In this document: positions 48,700 to 62,857 of the stretch, piece by piece
How the letters are laid out: every line of letters begins with the position of its first letter
How positions within the stretch are numbered: the first letter of the stretch is position 1
Source of the DNA: Octopus sinensis
Lineage: Eukaryota
Length of the DNA: 64,000 nucleotides
Assembly (NCBI RefSeq): GCF_006345805.1
Contig: NC_042997.1
Coordinates: forward strand, 119,350,001-119,414,000
Direction of reading: 5' to 3'
Made by a program: the position numbers and the translations under genes
The notes under the pieces: model-generated
What the model saw: only the letters and a program-made list of their open reading frames with translations
The model's database searches: none
What the model was told of the DNA's origin: nothing

Positions 48700-49180
48700 T
48701 TTTATCTTATGTCTACATATGTATATACAAGTATATGTAGGTGTGTATGTATGTCTACTTGTTTTGTTTGTATATGCATAATTTTCTGTATGGATACGAT
48801 AAAACGCACACGTGTGTATATCTATGTATACATATGTGTATATTTCTGTATGTTTTTTTTACATGATTTTTCTTTGGTGTATTTGAATGTATATATGCCT
48901 TTTTGCTTGAGTGGGTGTATATGTGTGTGCATTTCTATGTGTGTTTGTATAAATGTCTGTATGAATGTATTTGTATATGTGTGCATATGTGTATATATAT
49001 GTGTGTGTGACTTCGTATATATGTATGTATATGTATGCAGGTATGTATATATATATGTGTACATGAGTGTATATATACATTTATTTATTTATATATTTAT
49101 ATACATGTATATATATAAGTATGTGTGTGTGCGTGCATATGCATGTGCGTGTTTTTTATGTATGTGTTTGTAGTTGGGTG

Positions 49181-49219
<39 letters not shown>

Positions 49220-49430
49220 TTATCTGTCAATGTATCTCTCTCTATATATATGTATGTGTATGTATACATATATATGTATGTGTGTATATATATGTATATA
49301 TTTATGTGTATCTTCCCTTACACATGCACTCCTCTATGTGTATATGTGAGTGTATGCACTTCTGTGTGTGTGGGTATTTGTGTGTTGGGTGTGTGTGTAT
49401 GTATGCATATATATGTGGCTGTATATCCTT
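48700..49430. repeat. Degenerate (TG)/(TA)/(TATC) low-complexity region
   Basis: Direct reading; it explains the C/V/Y-rich ORFs. Confidence 0.9.
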
Positions 49431-49709
49431 ATGAGTTAGGTTTATACGTTTTTTCTATCACTTGTAAATTTATAATAATCTTCTCTTTCATATATTCGTT
49501 TTTGTTTCCATTTTTTTCTGATTGTCTCCCTTAGCCCGGGCTACTTTTTGAGGAAGGTAACTCTCTTGAATACACCGACCGGTCCTGTCTGTGATCGATG
49601 CTTTTTCATTGTCAACTTCTCTTTGTTTTTCCTCTGCTTGTATGTACATTTTTACTTAAATATTTTAGCTTTTCCAAACATAGTCTCGTCTATCACATTT
49701 AGCCTTGTG

Positions 49710-49787
<78 letters not shown>

Positions 49788-50399
49788 GATTTATATTCGT
49801 TTTTCAATGTTAATATGTATACGTATAACTCTCTATGGCATATTTTTCTTCTATTGTAACTTTGTAACTGTTGCCTTATATTCTACTATACACACGTGAC
49901 GTTGTTGACATTATACTTTGTCTCGACCTGTTACGTTTTCTTTAAACATATACGCTAGATTTTTTTTTTTCTGTTATAGTTTACTGCACATATAGACTTG
50001 CATACACATTGATATGTTTGTATTTTTTTCTGTTTCGCCTCTCTCACTATTATTATTATTATTACTGTTATTTTGTTCCCTTTTACAACTGGTTTGTAAA
50101 TATCCGATTTTTCCCTATTACCCTATGTGTATTTTACCATATTGTATCTTAATTTATTTTATGTTAGTTTATTAATCCTTTTTTTGATGTCCTTCCAAAC
50201 ATTGCTCACACTGATGTGTATGACAATGCATAAATTTAATATTAATTACTATGATTATAATTTTTTTCTTCCATATTTTTTGAAACGTGCGTGTGTATTT
50301 TTTATTATACCTAATTTTGATTCAGCGTATTTTTCTCCTCCAGTATTATACTTGTTTATGTTATATTTTTACACATAACGATACTTTTTTAACTTTATA

Positions 50400-50568
50400 C
50401 ATAAATATTTATTTTCTCTACTTGTTTCTTTCTGTGTTGCTTTCTGTCGAAGAGCGTAGACTCGAAATGTTAAAAACATTTTCACTTCCCGAGTGTTAAA
50501 CTAATACATCTATTTGTTGTCTACACCACCTGCCTTCGTCTTTTATTTTATTTGTGAATTCTCCTCCT
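50400..50568 (+). mobile_element. Short Penelope-type element with variant hammerhead
   Basis: CTGTCGA (50444-50450)-A-GAG...CTC-GAAA. The tail GTGAATTCTCC..TATATA matches the 30180-30352 copy. Confidence 0.6.
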
Positions 50569-50842
50569 ATATATATATTATATATATATATATTATATAT
50601 ATATACATACACACATTGTAAATGCATGCACACACTCACATATATGTATGTGTATGGATATATAAGTATATGTATGCGTAATCAATAATGAATGCATTTC
50701 TGAGAAATACTTAGACGCAACACTTAACCTAAACAGTGGACTGTTTGAACCTTTTCCCAAACCAACTGAAAATTAAAAATATGTTAGTAAAAGCAGAAAT
50801 CATATACTTTCGTTAATATAAAGTATATATATGTGTGTTTGT

Positions 50843-50881
<39 letters not shown>

Positions 50882-50896
50882 CATATATATATATAC

Positions 50897-50941
<45 letters not shown>

Positions 50942-51040
50942 CATACATATATATACATATACATACATATATATAATATATATAAAATATATTATATATA
51001 TATATATATAATATATATATATATATATAAATATATATAT

Positions 51041-51491
51041 GCTCTTTTACTCTTTTACTTGTTTCAGTCATTTGACTGCGGCCATGCTGGAGCACCACCT
51101 TTTAGTACTTATTCTATCGGTCTCTTTTTGCCGAACCGCTAAGTGACGGGGACGTAAACACACCAGCATCGGTTGTCAAGCAATGCTAGGGGGACAAACA
51201 CAGACACACAAACACACACACATATACATATATATATACATATATACGACAGGCTTCTTTCAGTATCCGTCTACCAAATCCACTCACAAGGCATTGGTCG
51301 GCCGGGGCTATAGTAGAAGACACTTGCCCAAGATGCCACGCAGTGGGACTGAACCCGCACCGTGTGGTTGGTTAGCAAGCTACTTACCACACGGCCACTC
51401 CTGCGCCTATATATATACATATACGTACATACATATATAAATATATATATTATACATATACATACATATATATACATATACATATATATAC

Positions 51492-51552
<61 letters not shown>

Positions 51553-52014
51553 AATATATATATGCTCTTTTACTCTTTTACTTGTTTCAGTCATTTGACT
51601 GCGGCCATGCTGGAGCACCACCTTTTAGTACTTATTCTATCGGTCTCTTTTTGCCGAACCGCTAAGTGACGGGGACGTAAACACACCAGCATCGGTTGTC
51701 AAGCAATGCTAGGGGGACAAACACAGACACACAAACACACACACATATACATATATATATACATATATACGACAGGCTTCTTTCAGTATCCGTCTACCAA
51801 ATCCACTCACAAGGCATTGGTCGGCCGGGGCTATAGTAGAAGACACTTGCCCAAGATGCCACGCAGTGGGACTGAACCCGCACCGTGTGGTTGGTTAGCA
51901 AGCTACTTACCACACGGCCACTCCTGCGCCTATATATATACATATACGTACATACATATATAAATATATATATTATACATATACATACATATATATACAT
52001 ATACATATATATAC

Positions 52015-52075
<61 letters not shown>

Positions 52076-52495
52076 AATATATATATGCTCTTTTACTCTT
52101 TTACTTGTTTCAGTCATTTGACTGCGGCCATGCTGGAGCACCACCTTTTAGTACTTATTCTATCGGTCTCTTTTTGCCGAACCGCTAAGTGACGGGGACG
52201 TAAACACACCAGCATCGGTTGTCAAGCAATGCTAGGGGGACAAACACAGACACACAAACACACACACATATACATATATATATACATATATACGACAGGC
52301 TTCTTTCAGTATCCGTCTACCAAATCCACTCACAAGGCATTGGTCGGCCCGGGGCTATAGTAGAAGACACTTGCCCAAGATGCCACGCAGTGGGACTGAA
52401 CCCGCACCGTGTGGTTGGTTAGCAAGCTACTTACCACACGGCCACTCCTGCGCCTATATATATACATATACGTACATACATATATAAATATATAT
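51041..52495 (-). repeat. Near-perfect tandem triplication of a 523-bp unit (SINE-B plus (TA)n spacer)
   Basis: Units start at 51041, 51564 and 52087. They share an internal deletion, and the third unit has one extra C. Confidence 0.95.
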
Positions 52496-52629
52496 ATATA
52501 TACATATACATATCTATATATATATATATATGTATATATATATAAATAAATATATATGTATGTATATGTATATATAAATATATATATATATAAAATATAT
52601 CTTATGATAATATATATTATATATATATA

Positions 52630-52843
52630 TATATATATGTGTGCGTGTGGCCCCGTGTGAACCGTAGGCGATATTTTTCCTCCGTCTTCCCTTCTTTGGA
52701 TTTTTCCTTTTCCTGTGTTTCTGACGAAGAGCTCCGCTCGAAACGTTAACCCCTCCTTTTTTCCTGAGCCTCCAATAATACTATACTTGTTCCACGTCCT
52801 CGCGTTGTTGTGTTTTCTCTTTGTGTTTTCATGTTTGGATTAA

Positions 52844-52846
<3 letters not shown>
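52630..52846 (+). mobile_element. Short Penelope-type element within (TA)n
   Basis: A pyrimidine-rich unit of about 215 bp carrying a hammerhead core, flanked by (TA)n. Confidence 0.6.
52717..52750 (+). ncRNA. Minimal hammerhead motif, core intact, weak stem I
   Basis: CTGACGA at 52721-52727, A, GAGC(TCC)GCTC, GAAA at 52740-52743, palindromic ACGT, T. Confidence 0.65.
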
Positions 52847-52887
<41 letters not shown>

Positions 52888-52983
52888 GATAGATAGATAG
52901 ATATACATATATATATATGTATGCTTGTATATATACACACACACATGTACATGCATATATATATATTATATATATATATATAT

Positions 52984-53014
<31 letters not shown>

Positions 53015-54846
53015 CTCGCTTACGTATACAAACTAAAATGTTTGCATATAAATAATATGGGATTTGATGGAAGTTATATAGATAGGCGTGTTTGTAAATT
53101 CTTTGAAGTAACGTGTATACAAGTACAAGTGCTTATATATGCAAACATGCAAGATAGAAAGGAGCCTCTTCATTTTACAAAAGTCAGTGTTTACATTAAA
53201 TATTTAATATATAATTAACGATTTGTTGCCTCTCTTCCTAACGTCTATTATATTGATTAAAGTGACGGCTATTCTTTCTTCAATGAAACTACCTTCAAAG
53301 CTTATGGTATAACAGTTATAATAAATATAATTTAGCGGAAATGACGTTCGATGATTTAGATATGGGCAGATACACGCACACACATATCCATGTGTATGTA
53401 TATTTCCAAATATAAACTGTATAGCTAGGTCTCCAGATAACTATATATTTTTAACATTGCATATAAATATAACTAAATGCACTTATATATGATTACATGT
53501 ATAGAAATATATATTCATATTTTTGTGTACCCTTCCCTGTTGGCTGATTACCTCCCGAGACATCAGATTCGGCAATGACTCTCTGGTCTCGCGTTATTTC
53601 TTCTCTGCCGGTCATTTACTACAACATCTGAGTGTGTTTGAACTATCTTTGCACAGGGGCATCTGGTCTCTCACCCTCGGTGTGAACTGGAGTTAATCTT
53701 TTCTCTTCGCTTCTTTGCGCCACGTGGTCTCAACTCTCCCCCTCTTTTTATCTGACACCTACATCTTTTCTTCACTCTTACCTACATCCTCTCTTCACTG
53801 ATACCTCCCCCCAAACACACAATACCTAAACACAGACAATATATACTCCCACACAAGCAAAATCACATGATAGCTGAACACAGGCTATATATATCCATAC
53901 ACACGCAACACGAAGAAACGCTCTATACATATGCAAAGTTAACTTACGCCTACATATAAACACCATACACATGCACGCTGTTTGGTAACACACTTACACA
54001 TGTACACACACCACGTCGAGAAGCTCACCGCAACTACTACACACAACACACACACACGTTACAGACGCACACACTTACACATGTACACACATACCTCATA
54101 GTCTCTAGCCCTAGATGGCCTTTTACTCTCAAGAGTTCCTTCGCCCTTTGACGGGTTTTGTATTTCATCCCGCAGGGTGACCAATAAACACCCTCCTCAC
54201 CGAGCAAGCTTGGTGGGGTTGCCGGTTTAGTCGCCGACGACCCGACCATGCAACAGGTTGTACTGTGTTACATGTTACCAGTAGCACTCGAAAGTGACCT
54301 GACATCCATACATACGTACGTACGTACATACATACATATATACATACATACATTATACTATTATTATGGTTGCCCTCCCGTTATAGAGTATGGCCATTGT
54401 ACGAAGCTTAACTGTTAGTGGTGCTGTGATCGAATGTGACTTTTTAGCCCTGCTAAAGATATCAATGTCTTGTACAGAATTGTCAACTAAAACCTTTACC
54501 GGTAATAGCCGGCTGTAGTTGTAACTGGGCTTCATGTACCCTTGCATGTCATTTAAGTCCTCCTGCCGAATGACATTCTCTTCCACATGCCTGACAGATA
54601 TGATTAGTATGGTGTATAGCACCACCACCAGTGGCCATGTATGAACGTTTGACCAGTGGACAATGTATGAACGTTTGACAATGGATATATATTGTCATAT
54701 TGATAATGGGTACGTTATTTAAGCTGCTTAAACACAAATTCTCGTACATACATACTACATACATACATACATACATATATACATAGTACGTACGTACGTA
54801 CATATATACATACCTACATACACGTAAACATACAAACATAAATACA

Positions 54847-54880
<34 letters not shown>

Positions 54881-54885
54881 CATAC

Positions 54886-55615
54886 TGCTTGGGTAAGAGT
54901 CCTTGCATGAAAACCTAGAATACATGCCCAAAGAAGTCGCACAACTCTACTGTAACGTAATATCAAGAAGATGAGGCTATATGCTCAGAAGACTAATTCA
55001 TCAATATGTTAGTGGAAAATTCTGAGATGATAGTAACATTGATTAACAAGGTAGTCTATCATACCCGGATTACTACCTTCCATTTTGAAGGGTATGCGCT
55101 TGCAATCCAGGAACAGGATATATCAACCAAGTACCTGATGCACAAAAGAGATAGGGATACAGGAAAAGCAGTAAAATGTGACAACCGACGAACACTTTTT
55201 GAAGTTAACACCGAAGATATCACCAACATCATAAGCTGTTGTCCGAAAATGTCATCACGGTATTATCTACCGATGACACATGATGGCGTAGCTACGAAAA
55301 TCTATAGTACAATCCGTCGGAAGGATAACATCGAGGACAAAGAAATAAGAGCTCATAGTATAGTAGAAGACATAGCCACTGATAATAAAGCAGAGCAATA
55401 GTGGAATGTCTCAGTGAAAACCTCATGAATTGTAAGCACAACAGGCCTGATATAATGCTTTGGGATTGAAAAGAAAAAAGTTGTGGTATTTAACTGCCCA
55501 TCGGATGTACACATAAAGTTGGACATAAGTAAAAAAGGGAATTCCTACGCCGAACTATTGAGAAATTGGCCGTTTCTCTATCCCCAAAATACAAAGATGA
55601 TACTAGAAAATGTCA
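54886..55615 (+). mobile_element. R4/Dong-clade LINE 3' fragment of a different subfamily
   Basis: EGYALAIQEQDISTKY...KCDNR...EDITNIISCCPKMSSRYYLPMTHDGVA...WNVSVKT...CKHNRPDIMLWD (knuckle plus RLE PD motif). Disrupted. Confidence 0.85.
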
Positions 55616-57030
55616 GTGTTTTGTTAATTACACTTTACCTTCATTTAACTTTTCAGATTTTTTGTTTGCTTTGCTGTCTTTCAGTGTGATTTCCATGTCA
55701 GATGATAGCATAATTTATAACTGGACCATATTGTATACGGTCAAAGAACGTAATTGTTGGAAAGGTGCAGAGTGGGGGAAGTAATTACAGACAAACACAC
55801 AGGTCCAGAATATTCATTGCTATAGGAGTAAAGACGGCACACAAGCGCCACAAATGCACTTATAACCATGCAACTCAATCTATATTACTCGTTGAATGGA
55901 GGATGATCATGTGTTGCTACACAATTTATTGTTAATTCCATTCTCTCGCTGTTTACTCCCACGTCAGTCGTCACGAAGAGAATACATGATCACCTGTCAT
56001 TACTACCTTAAATTTGGTATATATAGGTCTTCATTATTTAATGTTACTTGTTTCGAAAATTCGCAACTGGAAGGAAATATGCGAAAGGGATTTGACTGTA
56101 TTTTCTATCAGATCACACGAAGATATAGCATTTCACTCACTCTTTTTTCTTTCTTTCTTTCTCTCTGTCTTTCTTTCATTCTTTCTTTCGTTTTTCATAT
56201 CTTACAGGTTTTCTGTAATTCAGCTGATGCAGTAGAAATTTTACATTCTTTTGCTAGAACTTCTCCAGTCATAATGCATACACTTTTGACTCTACCAAAC
56301 GCAACAATATTGTTTAATAACCCAATGATTCTACTTTCTGGTGTAGCTTTGAATAAAAAAAAAGAACTGAACTAAATCATTGCATCGTGGCGCAGAACCA
56401 ATATATTAAATCAGAAATAGTAAAGAAATAAAAACCTTCCAACCAATATGCTGAATGAGAGAAGCGACAATAAAACACCAATATTACTACAGCTATTACG
56501 AAAAAAAGTAAATAGCATGGAACCTCTGGGAGATATTCATTGAAATACTGGGTGTGCTGCAACTAAAAACGATTATTCACACAAGAATCTGAAATAAAAC
56601 GACTAAATAACGAAAAAGCCCAAACCCGATAATCTCTTTCGTTGAGGAAGCACCAATGGAGTTACGCGAATCATATAAAACCTAAAGCATGAAAGCTCTT
56701 CAACGCTCTGCAGTAATATTATACGCTAAATGCAAACAAACAAGCAACGCTACAGAAAACATTAACATTATAACGAAAATATAACTTGCAAGATTTTTAC
56801 AAACACCTCACCAATGCCTGAACAGTTTATTTGTTACACCATAGGCCTTGGTAAAGCATGCATAATTATGCTTATATTTATAGGCAAATATTTATATTAG
56901 CGCGCATAGATCTAAAATATATACAACACACTGTAACACTGGCTTCCATAAATCTGTTGAATGTCCAATAACTCCGAGAACGAATGAATTTATCAAAGAA
57001 TTCATGATACTCAACACACACGCACACACG

Positions 57031-57106
<76 letters not shown>

Positions 57107-57333
57107 AATACAAACTACATTATTGGATCCCAAAAACATACTACAGAAAAGATTCACTCATAGAAATGTCAACAAAAAATGGTATTGCGCGCAAGTAGAG
57201 GTGATAGATATAAAACGGAAATCTGAAGCACAAACACATAAAATAACATAATATATATATATATTATGTAAACGCATATATATATATACATACATACATA
57301 CATACATACACACTCACATACACACACACACAC

Positions 57334-57378
<45 letters not shown>

Positions 57379-57925
57379 ATACGTACATACATACATATAT
57401 ACGTACGTACATACATACTCAGAAAGGAGTACAAATGATATAATGGAGTTAGGTGATATAACTATGTCTGTATCAATTTTGTGTAATGAATCAAAGTTAA
57501 TCAATATTTTGTACACATAATCGAAGTATATTTCTACATATACTGTTCGCACAGTCAGGAATTCTACAGAAGATTCATACTTTTGGGATAATGAAAAATT
57601 TTAGATTTCATTAGACAGTTCTAATGACGTAATTTAGATCTCCTATACGAAGCCCATATTTTCGAGTGGCGAATAATTAAGGGAGAGAAGAATAGCAATA
57701 GTTGAGTAAATTTACCCTTAATTTCTTGAAAAATATTCGTTGATAATCATTGAATTTTCAGTAGAAGAATCAGAAGATTGCCTCTAACAAGTGCATTTGT
57801 CACTTAGTCGGGTGGTTTATTGATATGAATAGCATTAGGGGTTCACTTATACAGAGGAGTATTACATCATGAACTGTTTCCTAAGAAACAAAGAGACAAG
57901 TACGGTTCCAGGTGGAGCTTCGTCA

Positions 57926-58306
57926 TCTCTCTCTATATAAACGGCAGTTTGTCTGTGCGTGTTTCTGTGTGTCTGTTTGCTTGTACCCTCACCCTGACCA
58001 CGGCTTTCAACCGATTCTGATGAAACTTGACACACACATAGCCCAATGTCATAATTCAAAACTAACGCAGCGAAAATTTTGAAAAGTTCCCGCAGCTCTG
58101 AAAAAAATCGATAAATTCGACATGGGGTCGAGAATCAGAAACACAAACCGCAAACTGTCTAGGGGACGCAACTTCACCTTTTTTAACAAAAAAAAAATTA
58201 CCATCATTTTTTTCCATTTTTTTGCTATTTTTTGGCTATAACTCTCTAAAAATGCTTTATAGTTATTTCCCTTACAAACCTGAGCAACGCCGGGCGATAC
58301 TGCTAG
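57926..58306 (+). mobile_element. Non-autonomous Helitron (381 bp)
   Basis: A|TCTCTCTCTATATAA...CCTGAGCAACGCCGGG...CTAG|T. The 3' 33 nt match the 23457-23848 element. Confidence 0.88.
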
Positions 58307-59888
58307 TGTTTAATACAATTTATGATGGCAATGTAATTTATCCTGAGCGTAATTCTCCCTTGCACTTCGTTTCATGGGAGTGTGCTAAAAGGTTGTATGT
58401 AGCTTACTTGGCGATGTTAAAAAGGATGTTTTCTAGGTAGAAATATACTTATCGGTATGTTCCTTAAGAAATTGCGATATTTACTTCTGTAAGTGAAGTG
58501 GTGTTCTTGAATGAGGAACGAATATTCCCTATCTTTGAAATTAGAAAATTTACTCTAAGCAGAGGATTGACTCAAGTTATGATCCTCATCATAGCACTAT
58601 TTATTATTACCAGTTGTGCCCTGTAACTTATTCCTAAAACCACTTCTTGCTAATACCGCATAGTAATGGGTGTCAATTCTGTGGTGTCCGATTCATTTTT
58701 GCATAATTAGTTTCTTCATTTGACATTGTGGTTGAATATACCTTGCTTCTATCTTTAGGCCTAAAGCAATACACAACACACATGGCTAAATTTACAATGG
58801 CCAATATCCAGAAAATCGAGTCCGTGTGTATCGTAGATTGAAGACGGGAAGGATGGCATCCCTTTGCAAATACTGATAGAGCACAGAAAGTGTGGCAATA
58901 GCCAGCTGGAGGAGGTGTCCTCCTGGGGCTAAAAGCTACAGTAGCATCCACCCTTAGGGGTTAGCCACACACTTCACTATGTGTTGCAGCTACTGTTTAC
59001 ACCTCGCTCAGAGACTTATATGTTAATTATGTTTTAGATAAACTAATTTAAAATTCACATTCTTTCTTTCCTATCCTTCCTAAATATATCCTTGATGTGA
59101 CCGTCGCCTCATTACAAACCTGAGTGTACAGAAACATAGATCAATGAAACCCGGCTCACGAAATTTTTGTCACCACAATCCCTCCCCCATATAGAAGTAG
59201 AACCATAGTCCACTTTCTTATTTTTGTTGCTAAGGAGCTTCCTACTTTGGAAAATTACAGTGATTTTCTAGTAAAATACATACAGCAAAAAGTACATACT
59301 AATATATTTGTAGTGGTATCATCACCGTATAAAAAAAGGCGAATAAATAGGCAGTTATTTTTTCGTAATACAGCGTAACCACTTCGATTACCCAATTACT
59401 AGAATGATATCATACTTAATAGTGTTAAGAATACGCTTGATTACTCACAATGTTCCACGATTGATGTTTTAAGTACCGACCGGTTTGGTTTGGGATGGTA
59501 ATTAGTTCTATAGAATATCTACTACTTTATGATGAAGAGACCCTGGAGCATATCCGTACAAGTTTCCTCTCTAAACAGTATAGCTGATTCCTGGCATTCG
59601 GTGTTATTATGTTGCAATGTCAGTTTAACTGCATGTTCTGATAATGCAATTATCAACATGTTGATTTTTGCATTATTCGTATATATTCTCCTTTCAATTT
59701 CTATCACAAGATTGGCCGAAATATTTTTGAAGTCGTTGAAGTTTTGTCGAAACCTTATTACATTAATCTGGTCTGCCCTAACAATCCGATTTGACTGGCA
59801 GATACAGCAGTAAGAATATGGAAGGGCGAAATTGTTGCAAGAAAAGGAAGAATAAGGATTACAAAATAAGGAATGTTTAGTCCGATAT

Positions 59889-60124
59889 ATTTCTATTTCT
59901 TTACTACTCACAAGGGGCTAAACACAGAGTGGACAAACAAGGACATACAAACGGATAAAGTCGATTACCACGACCCCAGTGCGTAACTGGTACTTAATTT
60001 ATCGACCCGAAAGGATGAAAGGCAAAGTCGACCTCGGTGGAATTTGAACTCAGAACGTAACGGTAGACGAAATACGGCTACGCATTTTGCCCGGCGTGCT
60101 AACGTTTCTGCCGGCTCGCCGCCT
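59889..60124 (-). mobile_element. Full-length SINE-A with about 19-bp TSD
   Basis: TTTAGTCCGATAT(A/G)TTTCT at 59876-59894 and 60125-60143. Confidence 0.93.
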
Positions 60125-60520
60125 TTTAGTCCGATATGTTTCTTAATACTGGAAGAGCCTGTCAATCATCGTCAGTAATAACACACACAAAAAAAAACTT
60201 TTTGAAAGCAGAATGAACAAAGTGTGCAGTGTAATGTAAAACAATATTTAGTGTATCTAAATGAAATAAAACGATTGTTTGTCGCTTAACTTCTTTAATT
60301 GAAATACGAAAATTCTTTTAAGATTGCAGAGTGTCTCCATCCATATATAAATAAACAAATATATGCTTTTGGTTCGAATGGTTTTGTTATACGACGCCGT
60401 ATTTTACAATTCTGTAAATAATAATAATGGCATTTTTTTTTTATATAAAGCAATAACTAAGGAAAATAGGCTCATAACGAGGCATATAAGTCCTCGACAG
60501 AAAAACAAGAAGGCTTTCCT

Positions 60521-60588
60521 CTCCGCGTTAGAATCGAACCCACATCCATTTGTTAACGCGACTAAACGTGTAAACTTTACACCAGCGA
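60521..60588 (-). pseudogene. Degenerate tRNA-like remnant
   Basis: Minus strand GCTGGTGTAAAGTTTACACG...GGGTTCGATTCT (A-box-like and B-box-like). No intact cloverleaf. Confidence 0.3.
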
Positions 60589-60819
60589 ATTAGCCTCCCT
60601 GCGTCTGTTAAATTTAAGAAATGTATTACTTCGTATTTGTTTTATGCAAACAAAGTTTTTATATGCTTCCAGTGCGAAAATTCCCACTACACACAGACAC
60701 TCACACGCACACTCATATACACACGCGCACACACACATTTATCTATAAGAATAAATTCTTATAAAGTTATGTGTATGTATGTATGTATGTTTGTATCTAT
60801 CTATCTATCTATCTATTTA

Positions 60820-60862
<43 letters not shown>

Positions 60863-62599
60863 GTGTGTATTTAGTAGCAAGTTAGGAACACGTAGTGTTT
60901 ATAAAGTCAGCGAAGCCACAACTAACAGAGTACAGATATAAATAATAATAGCTGAATTCAAGTATGTGAATTTAATACTTACAATTTAGAACTTTGTCTA
61001 GAACGTAACTGTTACAAGAAATCACTTTGATTGACAGCCTAGTCTAATATAATAGTAATATCTATTATTACTGCTATGTTGAATCAAAGTTTTGCAGCTA
61101 AATTTGAAATTTATTGTGATAAGAACCGCTGACGCAAGAAAAAGTCTAAAAACATTTGGTGCCTTTCCTTTAAATATTTATGTAATTTGGGTGTCATCTT
61201 TTATAGTTATGTAATTTACATTATATACATTTACAGTGAATATTGTGAAGTCTAATTAGGTTTAAATCAGAAAATGAAGGCAGTACATCAAGAAACGTAT
61301 CTCTTTTATTTGTCGCAAAAGCTAAATAGATTTAGTCATTCATAAATATCTGTTTTCTGTTCCTTCACCGTCTGTATTATATCTGTTTTGGTTTAAATTA
61401 TTTGAAGTATTAAATAACTGAGTAATCAACTTATATGTTGTTTCCCATGAGAATCTTGTGATTGAGGTAGTCAATTTTATTATTTCAAAATAAATATAAA
61501 TAACTTACTGATCCGACAAAGTCTATAATTCATCGAGTCCTTAGAGTTCTGTCTAATGTTATTTGCCATTTCTGTTTATTTATTAATCTAAAGAGACCTG
61601 AAAAATCAACAAGAAATATATCTGAAGAATAGACAGAGACAAAGCTGAAGTTCTTCAAATTTAATGTACATATACATCCCCACAAATATCACATACAAGA
61701 ATTTCCTGAGATGAAAGAAATATCATTTAAGTCTTCTTTCCCGTGTTTTGTGAACTCAGTCACGTATGGATAAGCGAAACATTCTATCTAGCTGTTAGAA
61801 TACAACTGATAGTTGAACCCGAATATTTTTTCATTGATGGCACATACACACAGAGTCAAATTGATATATATATATAATTAATATATACGGTACTGCATGC
61901 AAAGTGTGTCTAATTGAAAATGTTAAGAGTTCTCATGTTAACTTGCAATTTCATAAATGAGAGAGAATAGGCCGTCTCCTGTTGCCTGTATTTCTAACAA
62001 GAGGAAAACAGCTGGCAAACCGGTTTATAAAACCCCCGCGGAGCAGAAATTCTCGAAATATGTCATAACATTTTTCTTAAAAATTATTTTCAATTTCAAT
62101 TTCTTCTATCACAGTCCTTTAGTCTCGTAATCCCACCATTAGACAACCATATCTGAAGAAACTTCTTTACTTCGTGTCCGTCAGCAATATTCCCAGGTTT
62201 TTACTAGGATGCATCGGGTGCTCCACTTTTGTCTTCTGCTGTCTCCTCTCGAAGCCCAAAATATTCCGCTCATAGAAACCCCAAGGGGTTTTCATTAGAG
62301 CAAACATCTATATCTGTCTAGGATCATCAATCAGAAACTCACAGAACCAAATCAACTGCACTGGAGAGAATTTCCTAAATTTGAGTGGTTATGCTCACAT
62401 CGTCAACATATGATTAGATTCACAAGAATGATTAATCTATGGATGGTTTGTTCGGATAACTTGCATTATTAGAAATATATACATGTGTTTGTGTGTGTGT
62501 GTGTTTGAATGTGTGTATAATACGTCTGTATATGTCTCCCTCCCTATCTATGCCTTAACCACTTTCTTACTTCCGGTCTCTTCAACATGCAAAGGGATT

Positions 62600-62770
62600 A
62601 ATCTAGCAAATTTTTCTCCCCCTTTTTTTCCCTCTCTTCATTCCTTTTAGCAGAAAGCGAAGACTCGAAATGTGAAAGACCTCTTCCAATTATCAAGAGC
62701 CTCAAACTAATACATCTTATTTGTTCTTCTTTCACCCGTATCTGTCTTTTGACTTTTCTTTACGCATAAG
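62600..62770 (+). mobile_element. Highly degenerate copy of the short Penelope-type element
   Basis: AAGCGAAGACTCGAAATGTGAAAGAC...AAACTAATACATCT matches 50450-50515. Confidence 0.45.
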
Positions 62771-62822
62771 TTTGGGCCATATATATAAATATATGTGTGT
62801 ATGTGTATGTATCAAGAAATAC

Positions 62823-62857
<35 letters not shown>

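Noticed and set aside
38764-52495. Regularly spaced repeats as a possible CRISPR array
   Set aside because: There are no unique spacers and the context is eukaryotic; these are a minisatellite and a tandem duplication.
55896-56375. 159-aa ORF, with a strong acceptor at 56207 opening 55 codons
   Set aside because: The ORF runs through a pyrimidine repeat, I recognise no domain, and I found no compatible upstream exon. It is not excluded, only unsupported.
6032-60165. Recurrent peptides such as NRPRKDERQSRPRRNLNS and [12 protein letters not shown]
   Set aside because: They are SINE-A and SINE-B read in various frames, not a gene family.
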